Source of the DNA: the human T2T-CHM13v2.0 reference genome, Homo sapiens
DNA length: 64,000 nt
Assembly (NCBI RefSeq): GCF_009914755.1
Contig: NC_060938.1
Reading direction: 5' to 3' (one strand)
Shown: piece by piece, positions 46,191 to 61,508 of the stretch
Layout of the letters: every line of letters starts with the position of its first letter
Numbering within the stretch: the stretch's first letter is position 1
Notes under the pieces: generated by a model
Databases searched by the model: none
Told to the model about the DNA's origin: nothing
What the model saw: only the letters and a program-made list of their open reading frames with translations
Position numbers and translations under genes: made by a program

Positions 46191-48900
46191 GGAGTCAGTA
46201 TCTTGATTTCAACCCTACCTGAAATCACATTTCCACGTTGGGAAGAACATAAGAACCACAGCACTTTCTATGAAATGTCATAAAATAGGTCCCAGCCAGT
46301 TGCAAAAACTCAAAAGTTCATGTGGCTTAAAATCATATAGGCTATGCCTAGCAAAATGCCCGATATGCCCGACAGAAGCATGTAGTTTTATAAATTATTA
46401 AGTCATTTGCTGGATACAGAAAGAAAGGAGGAAGAACCCACTCCTTAGAGTTATGACTTATCTACCAATTAACTCTATGATCTTGGGCCTACAGCTATAT
46501 TTAACTTGTCTTTGGGATCACTGGAGTAACTTCATTGAACACTAAGAAAACCTAGTTAGAAATTTGTATTTGTAATTTGCTTTGATTATGTCCTCTGAAA
46601 GATACTTTCCAAAATGAGACATGATTGTTGTGGTTTTCTTCCAGAATTAAACAGGTTTCCAAGTTGGCAACTGGGATGACAACTTGGGAGGGCTTCTCCC
46701 AATTTCAGAAAGAGCTTTATTCCCATAAGTGTATTAAATTCATGTAGAAAGAAAAGAACCAACAACAGAAGACAAATGTGGGTAGCAAATAGCAGTTTGG
46801 GAGTGTCAAGGAGGTGGGAGAAGGACTTTCAGTTAAGAAAACGATACAAATACATACATATGTACATAATGTCATGTGAGTGATTAAACTGTCCTTTCTC
46901 CAGAGAGCAATATTAAGGTTTTCAGAGGCCAAAACAGTATACTAATGCAATATAATTATACCTTTGGGTGAAACATCAAAGATGCAATGAGTGAGAGCTA
47001 AGGAGGCTACAACCCAGCTGAAATGCCATTATTTAATGAAAGACCAACAGATGCAACAAGAACACTTACCACCATGGTCTAGTGTTCCCTCTCAGTGCAG
47101 TCTTAAGCCTAATTCCTCTTCTGCTTGGCCTTTGACCTGGTCTCTCCAGTTGACTTTTCCACAACAGTCTTCACTCACAGGCAGAGTAGAAATGGGATGC
47201 AAGAAAAACAACAGGTCCCAGATCACTTTTTTCCTCTTTCTCTATTCCTCTTTCAGTTATGAATTCTGTTTTGCTTTGGAGAAGAAAAATGCGATCCCCC
47301 TGGATATTTTTTCTGGGCCATCACCAATTTATCCTGTTCCCCCTACCCACCCCTGCCAGTATTTTATACTTTACTCTTCAAAAACTTGAGATGTCTTGAG
47401 TACTGAGAAGTCTGAAGGAGTTTGTACTGGGGCCTGGCCTCCGATATTTCTGCTGGATAAGCTATTCCTTCATGCCTGACGGTGAATGTGCGTTATGGAC
47501 TTGCCCAAGGAATTTCTGGAACTGGGCCTGCAAGTCTGTTTTAGATTAATGCAAATGGGATTTGGGGTAGCTGTGCCTACAAATATCCTGCAAAGATATT
47601 TTGTATCAAAATGACAATATTAAGATGAATCAACTCAATGAAGTCTTTGGGTACCGCAAAAATGTTGAATGTTGCATAATCACTTTCTGTTGATCTTTTT
47701 CTTATTACTATTATATGTGAATATACACGAGGCTTCCTGCCTTCATTGCCACAATTTAATGGGACAAACTGCAGGCACACAGTCCTTCCTCACTTTCTGT
47801 GCCCATTTCTCTGACATACATCATTGCTGAAGTCTGTTGTTTAAGCAGTGAAAAAAACATGTAATGTTTCATATAAGGATTATCCATAAAACCCCAAAGT
47901 CCTTAACTCTTCTGTCCTTCTGAGGCCATCCTTTTCTTTAACAGCCATCCCCTAAATTGTGGGAAGTCTAACGTGTTCTTCAATTTTCCAGCAGATTCTA
48001 GAGTTGAGACTTGGTTCTTCCCATTTTTCTCTTGCTCCTGACTTTTTCAATTTCTTCCCTCCATCTGCCCACTGCCTTTCCAGGCTGCCCCAGCCCATTC
48101 TAGTTTGCTTTGCTTCAAAATATGGACTCACCACCCTTTTCTTCATGATAATGCTCTTGTGATTAGCAGTGTGTTATTGTATTTTCTTGTTTTATATGAG
48201 CAATGTAGAGGAATGATAGCACAAAACATGGACTGACTTAAAATTGAATCCTGGTCACACTATTGCTAAAGTTTTCTGAAGTCTCCCCCTCGAGGAGTCC
48301 TTACTGGTGGCACTCTCAACTGGGTATTTCTGGGGCCTGCTCCCTGGACTCTAAGAAAGCTTTTTGTTTTCAATGTCTCTCTCTCATGGTCTGACCTTCC
48401 TCAGCCCTGCAGTGGTGGGTGGAACCCACTCCAAAATTCCTGTGACTTGATGGTGCAGAGAAACTTGGCTCTCTTTCAGGCTGACCCTCTCCTACCCAGA
48501 CTCTCCTGGGGTCCACCCCCACACTCAGAAAAGCCCACTGAATGCTTTCCCAACAAAAGAGCAGTTTGCTCTTTAAGAGGAATTCTGCCACCCTCTTAGA
48601 GCAACCAGTTAAAATGACTGTCAGCTTACAATTTTTAGTTATAACCAGAGTTTCTCTAAGTTTGCAAAATGTTTTAAATAAAGCAATTTGACAGAAGATT
48701 TAATAAGGTGATAGACAAAAATGGGGGGCCCTGTTGTCAAGAGTGGTAATTCTAAATGAGGCAGGAAAAGTTATGGATAGAAGAAAAAGAGTTTGTGATT
48801 TACTGTTTCTTCCAGTGACCTCCGCAATGTGTGGAAGAGAATAGGTTAGACAGGCAGCAATAATTATCTCACTTGTAGCTTCTCAAAACCTGGAAAATAA

Positions 48901-49180
48901 GGCAAGGTCTGGTGGCTCATACCTGTAACCCAGTCCTTTAGGAGGCAAAGGCAGGAGGATCTCTTGAAGCCAGGAGTTCAAGACAAGGCTGGGTAACATC
49001 AAGAGACCCTCTCTCTACCAAAAATAAGAAATTGGTCAGGATAGTTGTGCGTGCCTGTAGTCCCAACTACCCCAGAGGCTGAGGTGGGAGGATCACCTGA
49101 GCCTGGGAGGTTGAGTCATGATTGCACTATTGCACTATTGCCTGGACAACAGAGCAAGACCCCATTTCAAAAAAAACAAA
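48901..49180 (+). mobile_element. AluJ
   Basis: Diverged dimeric Alu with a local attgcact duplication in the right arm. Confidence 0.92.
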
Positions 49181-49498
49181 CCTAGAAAAGAAAGCTATTC
49201 TAAATTGAAGTAACCAAGGAGCAGAGCCATAATCCACAGAGAGAGACACAGGTTCAACAGAGGCTGTGGAAAAGCAATTCCAAGCAACTTCTCATATTCC
49301 AGGAACGCAACTGAGGCCTGGGGAGCCAAAAGGCTGCTCTCAGAGGCAGGCACATTCCAGGTGTCACCTTAGGATTCCACTCGGGACCATGATGGCCCTG
49401 GGAGGGAGGGGAATGGGCTTTGCAGACTTAGACTTGACTGCATGACATCTACATCTTCAATGTTATTCTACACTGTTTAATCGGTGTAATAAATGGAA

Positions 49499-49851
49499 CT
49501 TCCAATATTACAATATTCTAACATTCTTCGAATATTACAATATTCTAACATTCTTCGAATATTACAATATTCTAACATTCTTCGAATATTACAATATTCT
49601 AACATTCTTCGAATATTACAATATTCTAACATTCTTCGAATATTACAATATTCTAACATTCTTCGAATATTACAATATTCTAACATTCTTCGAATATTAC
49701 AATATTCTAACATTCTTCGAATATTACAATATTCTAACATTCTTCGAATATTACAATATTCTAACATTCTTCGAATATTACAATATTCTAACATTCTTCG
49801 AATATTACAATATTCTAACATTCTTCGAATATTACAATATTCTAACATTCT
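49499..49851. repeat. 27-bp minisatellite, 13 copies
   Basis: Unit cttcgaatattacaatattctaacatt. Copies 2-13 are identical; copy 1 has C for G at position 5. Confidence 0.99.
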
Positions 49852-50685
49852 AAGTTCCATTATTTTGCCAATTAAAAAAACTGTGTGTTAAGAGTGCTTT
49901 TGTATTTCAGGGGTTCCTGAGGACACTGAGAAAGGGAAATATATCATATGGCAATATTCCATAAAATAAATTACCTGGAGACAGTATAAAAATTTGCAAG
50001 GATACAGACACAAGGCATGTAATTATTATAAATATATAAAGAATGTATGACTACTTTTAGATATAATCACCTAATAAATTTCAAGATTGCCTTATTAACT
50101 ATCTATTTGTGTTTGTATACATTGTATCATTTAAAAATAGATATGAAATAGTACTTAACAATAAAAGGTTTGTAATAAGGTTTTTGGAATCAGAATAAAG
50201 AAAAACTTTTGTCCTACTGAGGATAAGTTGTTCAATACAGTGAAGTCACATGCACATGTCTTGCTTTGGATTTACTTTCTCCCAGTTCTTACAATATCAC
50301 CAAATAACAAAAATTTCTACTTACGACTTTACTTTCCTATACGTTGTCAGTTGAATTATTTTTCTGTATATTTCCACAATGTGATAAATATTTTTCAGGT
50401 TTAGGAAAAAGTCATTTAAAGCTGTTAAAATTTAAAAAGAAATCTATTCATAGCATATACTTAGTCTAATTGCCTTAAGACTCTTCTGGGACATGTAGCA
50501 ATGTAAAATGGTGGATGGATAGCGGTGTACGTCTTTTCAGCAGGATAGTCTTGCAGGATGGTGGTAAAAAATAGGCAAAGAGACATACACCAAATTTTTT
50601 TTTATGAAGAAGCAGCTGCAGATTTATTGCTTTTAAATATGTAAATTTTAATTAAATCACATGTACAAAGATAGTATATATTTTT

Positions 50686-51010
50686 GCATTCTTCTCCTGG
50701 CCATGGACAATAGAACTCTACATTCTCCAGCCTTTGGACTCTGGGACTGGCACCAGTGGCCCCGCAGGTTCACAGGCCTTTGGTCTGAGACCCAGAGTTA
50801 CACCATCAGCTTCCCTGGTTCTCAGGCCTCCAGACTTGGACTGAGCCGTGCTAACAGACTTCCTGGTTCTCTAGCCTGCAAATGGCCTATTGTGGGACTT
50901 CACAGTCTCCATAATTGTGTGAGCCAATTCCTCTAATAAATTCCTTCTCATATGTCTATATCCTGTTGGTTGTGACTCTCTGGAGAACCAACAGGATTCT
51001 GACTAATAAT
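50686..51010 (+). mobile_element. MLT2 (ERVL) LTR, 3' part
   Basis: gagttacaccatcagcttccctggttctcaggcc...ttgtgggacttc...ccataattgtgtgagccaattcctctaataaa...ctgactaata. Confidence 0.9.
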
Positions 51011-51942
51011 ATATTTGTAACTTGCAATTTAATTTGGTTGAAAGATAGTCATTGTAGATTTGTAATAGCTGGGAATTTAAAATAATCTAATGTCCATTCA
51101 CAGGCTAATTATAGAACCATATATACCTCACAATCTCATTTTTATAAAAATCATGTAGTTTTATAAACAGAAATAACTGAAAAGCTATTTGTCAATCTGT
51201 TAATGATGTCACTATAGAGTGGGACTGTGGGAGACGTGCTTTTCTGCCAGTGTATTTTTCAATTATTTGAATCTTTTACAAAGTTTTATACTACTTTTAT
51301 AATCAATAGAAATCGTGCACATACTCATTTTGGGAACTTCAATTGCCTTGACTACTTTCTGAATAGGAAATAATAAAAAGCAAATAGTTCATTCTTACGT
51401 GTAGAACTGGGTAGTGCATGGCAGTAATCAAAACAATCCAAAGGCAAAATGACATATGTCAAAGACTGGTGCTTATCTTGAGTGGTGGAATGATAGGTGA
51501 ATTTTATTATTAATATTTTTGCTTTGTGCTTTTCTGTGTTTTCCCAGTATTCTGTATCAAGCACGTAATGCTTTTGCAATTAGCTGGAAAGCTAGAGTGT
51601 AAATGTTGCAGATGCAAGCAGAAAATGAGAAAGCTTTCAAATAAGACTACCCTCTTCTCTGTGCTAACCTCTCTTAACCAGGGCTATATCCTCCAAAAAT
51701 ATAAAAGCATTAACTTGACCTTCAGCAGCCCTTGTTGTACAGTTACACTTTTTCTAGCTCCTACCTGCTAAAATAATCTTTCAGCCCACAATGAGAGATT
51801 AGGACCTCAGGTAAACAGACCTGGCTGGGTCTGATTCAGGAAGAATCCAGGAACCCGCTTTGCTTAATAAGTCACCATGGTATGGCTGTTAGAGTGAGGC
51901 TGTATTGTGCTTTGCTGGCAATTGCCGGCTAATTGAGCCTCA

Positions 51943-52278
<336 letters not shown>

Positions 52279-53072
52279 TAACTGTAATCTTAAAGAGAGA
52301 AACCAGGAAAGACAATTCTCAAACGGAACTTAAACTCTCATCCCCTCCATGGGTTTGTCAGTGTGGCCAGTACAAAGGGTGGTTGGTCAGTCAGAGCCAG
52401 TACGAAGGTGATTAGTCAAAACGATTTTCTGAGTGATTGTCTGAGAGAATGACCAAGCCACCTCCAAGGCTACGATCCTACTTGGGGATCAAGAGTTAAG
52501 CGCCATGGAAGCCCAAGCTGCAGTGTGCACTGTTTGCCATGTCTACGGGAGCAGGCACCATTCATATATGTGTTAAAAGCAAGCTGGTCACTGTGCTAAA
52601 GCTGACGGCTCTCGTGTTTGAGGAACACATATCTCATGACTTACACAAGTGGAAAAAAAAAAGAAAAAAGAGTTCCTCAGTAGAAGACAAAAGGAAGTGC
52701 TGTAAGTTCAAGTCAATGAGGAAAAGGAGACTGGAAGTTAGTGTTCAGAAGAGGGTGGTGATGAGGAGAAGTCTTCTCTTAGGGAGTAAGTCTGAGCTTC
52801 CCTGATCTGTGTAGGTGGTGCCTTGAGGCACTGAGGGGGATCAGAATGATTCCTTCTCCTGGGCAGTGTTGGTGAGAGATGCCTAAAGGTAGAGAGAGAA
52901 GCAGCCTCTTGAAAATTGGTGTACCCAGGCAGAAAATTCTTGTTCCTCTATGTCAGTGATTCCCCCACCCCCACCCCAGCATTTAATTTTGAAAACTTCA
53001 AATATACAGAAGGTTAAAAAAAAATTGTGGTAAACTGTCATATACTCACCATCTAGGTCCTACCATTAACAT

Positions 53073-53076
<4 letters not shown>

Positions 53077-53110
<34 letters not shown>
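53077..53110. repeat. (GT)17 microsatellite
   Basis: Pure gt run. Confidence 0.97.
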
Positions 53111-53115
<5 letters not shown>

Positions 53116-53164
53116 TCTCCAACCCCCATCCATCTTATTTTTTATGCATTTCAAAGTAGGTTTT

Positions 53165-53596
53165 CACATTGAATACATATGGACACAGAAGGAACAACAG
53201 ACACAGGGACCTGCTTGATGCTGGAGGGAGGAGGGTGAAGACAGAAAAACTACCTGTCGGGTAACTGTGCTTATTACCTGGGTGGCAAAATAATCTATAC
53301 ACCAAACCCCCATGACATGCAATTTACCTTTATTACAAACCTGCACATTATTCCTCAACCTAAAATAAAAGATTTAGGAAAAAAAAGAAAATAGAAGGTT
53401 GCCATGGGGAGGAGAAAACAAGGAGTTGTTAACAGGCATGAAATTGTAGTTTAGAAGATGAAAATGTTCCAGAGATATGTGGTGATGGCTGCACAACAAT
53501 ATGAATGTACTTAATACCACTGAACTGTACATTTAAAAATGATTAATATAGTAAATTCTGTTATATTTTACAATAAAAAAGTTAAAAACAAAAACA
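53165..53596 (+). mobile_element. 5'-truncated L1PA15/16-type 3' end plus an appended older L1MB-type 3'UTR piece
   Basis: aaaactacctgtcgggta...ccaaacccccatgacatgcaatttacc, then gatggctgcacaacaatatgaatgtacttaataccactgaactgtac. The whole unit is flanked by TSD aaagtaggtttt. Confidence 0.85.
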
Positions 53597-53695
53597 AAAG
53601 TAGGTTTTAGACATCAGTGCTTTTCTTAAATAGTTCAGTATGTACATCATAGAGTTGAATATTGATTTACCTTTTTCTTTTAAGGTAAAATTTTC

Positions 53696-53940
<245 letters not shown>

Positions 53941-53965
53941 TAAGGTAAAATTTTCAAAGAACGAA

Positions 53966-54200
53966 GTGAGTCTCTTGAACTTAGGAATTTGAGACCAGCC
54001 TGGGCAACATGGTGAAACCCCGTCTCTACCAAAAATACAAAAAATTAGCCAGGGGTGGTGGCACATGCCTGTGGTTCTAGCTACTCAGGAGGCTGAGGCA
54101 GGAGAATTGCTTGAGCCTGGGAGACAGAGGTTGCAGTGAGCTGAGACTGAGCCACTGCGCTTCAGCCTGGGTAACAGAGAGAGACCCTGTTTCAAAAAAA
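53966..54200 (+). mobile_element. 5'-truncated older Alu (J/S)
   Basis: gagaccagcctgggcaacatggtgaaaccccgtctctac...gagaccctgtttcaaaaaaa. Confidence 0.92.
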
Positions 54201-54224
54201 TAGATACAGACAATTACAAAAACC

Positions 54225-54850
54225 CAATGAAGTTCTCTTATACCCCTTCCCACTTAATTCGCACCTCCTCCCCACCAGAGGAAACTACTGTTCTAATTTT
54301 TTTCCACCACAGAACAGTTCTGCTTGTTCTAGAACTTCATGCAAATGGAATCATATAATATATACTCTCAAATAAGGCTTTTTTTCTCTCAGTATATTTT
54401 TGAGATTCATCCCTGTTGTTGCATATATCAATAATTCATCCCTTTTTATTGCAAGTATTCCCATTGAATGAATATATGACAGTTTGTTGATTCATTCTGC
54501 TATTGGCAAATACAGGAGTTTTCAGTTTGGGGCTATCGTGAATAAAGCTGCTATAGACATTCTTGTACAAATCTTTGTGTGAATGAAAAGAAATGTTTTC
54601 ATTTCTCTTGGGTAATTACTTGGGAGTAGAATTGCTGAGTCATAGGGTAGGTGTATGTTAGTTTTACAAAAACTTTGCAGCCCTTTTTGCAAAGTGCTTA
54701 TACCATTTCATACACTCACTCCTGATATATGAGAATTCCAGTGATTCTACGTCCTCACCAGCATTTAGTGTCGTTGGTCCTTTTTAATTTTAGCCATTCT
54801 GGAAGGTGTGTTGTGATGGTTCATTGTGATTTGAATCTGCATTTTCTAGG
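54225..54850 (-). mobile_element. Old L1M (L1MB/ME) 3' region
   Basis: ttctagaacttcatgcaaatggaatcata; gtagaattgctgagtcatagggtagg; ttttagccattctgg. Confidence 0.85.
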
Positions 54851-55115
54851 CCAGTGGTTTTCCAATTTTGGTGTGCTACAACACACCTGGGGTGCTTGTT
54901 AAAGTATAGACTCCTAGGCCCCAACTAGAGAGTGTTTGTGTGTTTATTAGTATTTGTGTTATATTTTTATTTGTTAAAGCTGGTAACCTAAACCCCAACA
55001 CAGTTTTGAATTCAGAAGATCTGGTGGGGTTGAGGGCAACAGGTGTCTGCCTCTTAACTAGCTCCCTGGAGATTCTGCTGAATGTGGTTCAATAGACCAG
55101 CCCTGAGAAACTGGC
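54851..55115. mobile_element. MER5A-like hAT MITE with an internal insertion
   Basis: cagtggttttccaa...cacctggggtgcttgttaaa...ctcctaggcccca...ttaactagctccctggagattctg...tgagaaactg. Confidence 0.7.
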
Positions 55116-55575
55116 CCTCTGGGGGTTGCAAACTGACATATTTGATATCGGTGTGCATTCACTTTTACCTGGCAACTAGAATTGGTCCAATTTCTTCCAA
55201 TGGTGGTACATGGGTACTTTTCATGCTTAATAAAAGCTTTACTGCTACTATTTTAATCTTCAAAAATTGGAGACTTCAGGGATGAATATATTGTCTCATG
55301 TAGAGCAAAAGAATCTAGATTTTCTGAACCAAATTCCAAAAGAAAGATGTTTCAGGAAACTGTGCCAAAAACAAAATCCATAATTTTCAGGTATCTACAA
55401 TCAGCATATTATTCTCAAAAACAATTTTATGGGTCAGAGATGAAGAAGCTGATTACCATAATCTTATTTCCATGAATGGGTTAATGTATTTGATAGTTTT
55501 ATCTAATTCCAGTAGTTTTATAGGCCTGCATAGCCTAATGGCAACTGGTAGGAAAAAGATTGAAAATACATAGGC

Positions 55576-56604
55576 GTGGTGCCAACATGGCCGAATAGGA
55601 ACAGCTGCGGTCTACAGCTCCCAGCGTGAGCGACGCAGAAGATGGGTGATTTCTGCATTTCCATCTGAGGTACCGGGTTCATCTCACTACGGAGTGCCAG
55701 ACAGTGGGCTCAGGACAGTGGGTGCAGCGCACCGTGCGCGAGCCGAAGCAGGGTGAGGCATTGCCTCACTTGGAAAGTGCAAGGGGTCAGGGAGTTCCCT
55801 TTCCTAGTCAAAGAAAGGGGTGACAGATGGCACCTGGAAAATCGGGTCACTCCCACCCCAATACTGTGCTTTTCCGACGGGCTTAAAAAACGGTGCACCA
55901 GGAGATTATATCCCGCACCTGGCTCGGAGTGTCCTATGCCCACGGACTCTCACTGATCGCTAGCACAGCAGTCTGAGATCAAACTGCAAGGCGGCAGCGA
56001 GGCTGGGGGAGGGGAGCCCGCCATTGCCCAGGCTTGCTTAGGTAAACAAAGCAGCCAGGAAGCTCCAACTGGGTGGAGCCCACCACAGCTCAAGGAGGCC
56101 TGCCTGCCTCTGTAGGCTCCACCTCTGGGGGCAGGGCACAGACAAACAAAAAGATGGCAGTAACCTCTGCAGACTTAAATGTCCGTCTGACAGCTTTGAA
56201 GAGAGCAGTGGTTCTCCCAGCATGCAGCTGGAGATCTGAGAATGGGCAGACTGCCTCCTCAAGTGGGTCCCTGACCCCCAACCCCCGAGCAGCCTAACTG
56301 GGAGGCACCCCCCAGTAGGGGCAGACTGACACCTCACACGGCCAGGTACTCCTCTGAGACAAAACTTCCAGAGGAACGATCAGACAGCAGCATTCGCGGT
56401 TCACGAAAATCCGCTGTTCTGCAGCCACTGCTGCTGGTACCCAGGCAAACAGGGTCTGGAGTGGACCTCTAGCAAACTCAAACAGACTGCAGCTGAGGGT
56501 CCTGTCTGTTAGAAGGAAAACTAACATACAGAAAGGACATTCACACCAAAAACCCATCTGTACATCACCATCATCAAAGAGCAAAAGTAGATAAAACCAC
56601 AAGG
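55576..56604 (+). promoter_or_regulatory. L1 5'UTR: sense and antisense promoters, with the ZNF93-bound segment at about 56352-56480
   Basis: YY1-type AACATGGCCG. Extra segment ctctgagacaaaacttccagagg...gcagccactgctgctg...agcaaact is absent from the L1 at 13-19 kb. Confidence 0.75.
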
Positions 56605-57620
56605 ATGGGGAAAAAACAGAGCAGAAAATCTGGAAACTCTAAAAACCAGAGCGCCTCTCCTCCTCCAAAGGAATGCAGCTCCTCACCAGCAACAGAACAA
56701 AGCTGTACAGAGAATGACTTTGACGAGTTGAGAGAAGAAGGCTTCAGATGATCAAACTACTCCAAGCTACAGGAGGAAATTCAAACCAAAGGCAAAGAAG
56801 TTGAAAACTTTGAAAAAAATTTAGAAGAATGTGTAACTAGAATAACCAATACAGAGAGTGCTTAAAGGAGCTGATGGAGCTGAAAGCCAAGGCTCAAGAA
56901 CTACGTGAAGAATGCAGAAGCCTCAGGAGCCAATGCGATCAACTGGAAGAAAGGGTATCAGTGATGGAAGATGAAATGAATGAAATGAAGCGAGAAGGGA
57001 AGTTTAGAGAAAAAAGAATAAAAAGAAACGAACAAAGCCTCCAAGAAATATGGGACTATGTGAAAAGACCAAATCTACGTCTGACTGGTGTACCTGAAAG
57101 TGACGGGGAGAATAGAACCAAGTTGGAAAACACTATGCAGGATATTATCCAGGAGAATTTCCCCAATCTAGCAAGGCAGGCCAACATTCAGATTCAGGAA
57201 ATACAGAGAACGCCACAAAGATACTCCTCCAGAAGAGCAACTCCAAGACACATAATTGTCAGATTCACCAAAGTTGAAATGAAGGAAAAAATGTTAAGGG
57301 CAGCTAGAGAGAAAGGTTGCATTACCCACAAAGGGAAGCCCATCAGACTAACAGCTGATCTCTCGGCAGAAACTCTACAAATCAGAAGAGAGTGGGGGCC
57401 AATATTCAACATTCTTAAAGGAAAGAATTTTCAACCCAGAATTTCATATCCAGCCAAACTAAGCTTCATAAGTGAAGAAGAAATAAAATACTTTACAAAC
57501 AAGCAAATGCTGAGAGATTTTGTCACCACAAGGCCTGCCCTAAAAGAGCTCCTGAAGGAAGCACTAAACATGGAAAGGAACAACCAGTACCAGCCACTGC
57601 AAAATCATGCCAAATTGTAA
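56605..57620 (+). pseudogene. L1 ORF1, disrupted
   Basis: ATG at 56605, TGA at 56749, 1-bp deletion near 56856. The C-terminal 248 aa are open. Confidence 0.96.
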
Positions 57621-57683
57621 GGACCATCAAGGCTAGGAAGAAACTGCATCAACTAATGAGCAAAGTAACCAGCTAACATCATA

Positions 57684-61508
<3,825 letters not shown>

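Larger units (their letters stand above)
52975..53680 (-). mobile_element. L1MC4/5-like 3'UTR host, interrupted at 53165-53596
   Basis: ttttgaaaacttcaaatatacagaagg...tatgcatttcaaagtagg|...agacatcagt is continuous across the insertion. Confidence 0.7.

Noticed and set aside
49499-49851. CRISPR-like array reading of the 27-bp repeats
   Set aside because: The units are head-to-tail with no unique spacers, there are no cas genes, and the context is a primate genome.
51894-51942. Hairpin gtgaggct...gctggcaattgccggc...agcctcac followed by a T-run (terminator- or pre-miRNA-like)
   Set aside because: The stem is short and bulged, and the T-run is the tail of the adjacent antisense Alu.
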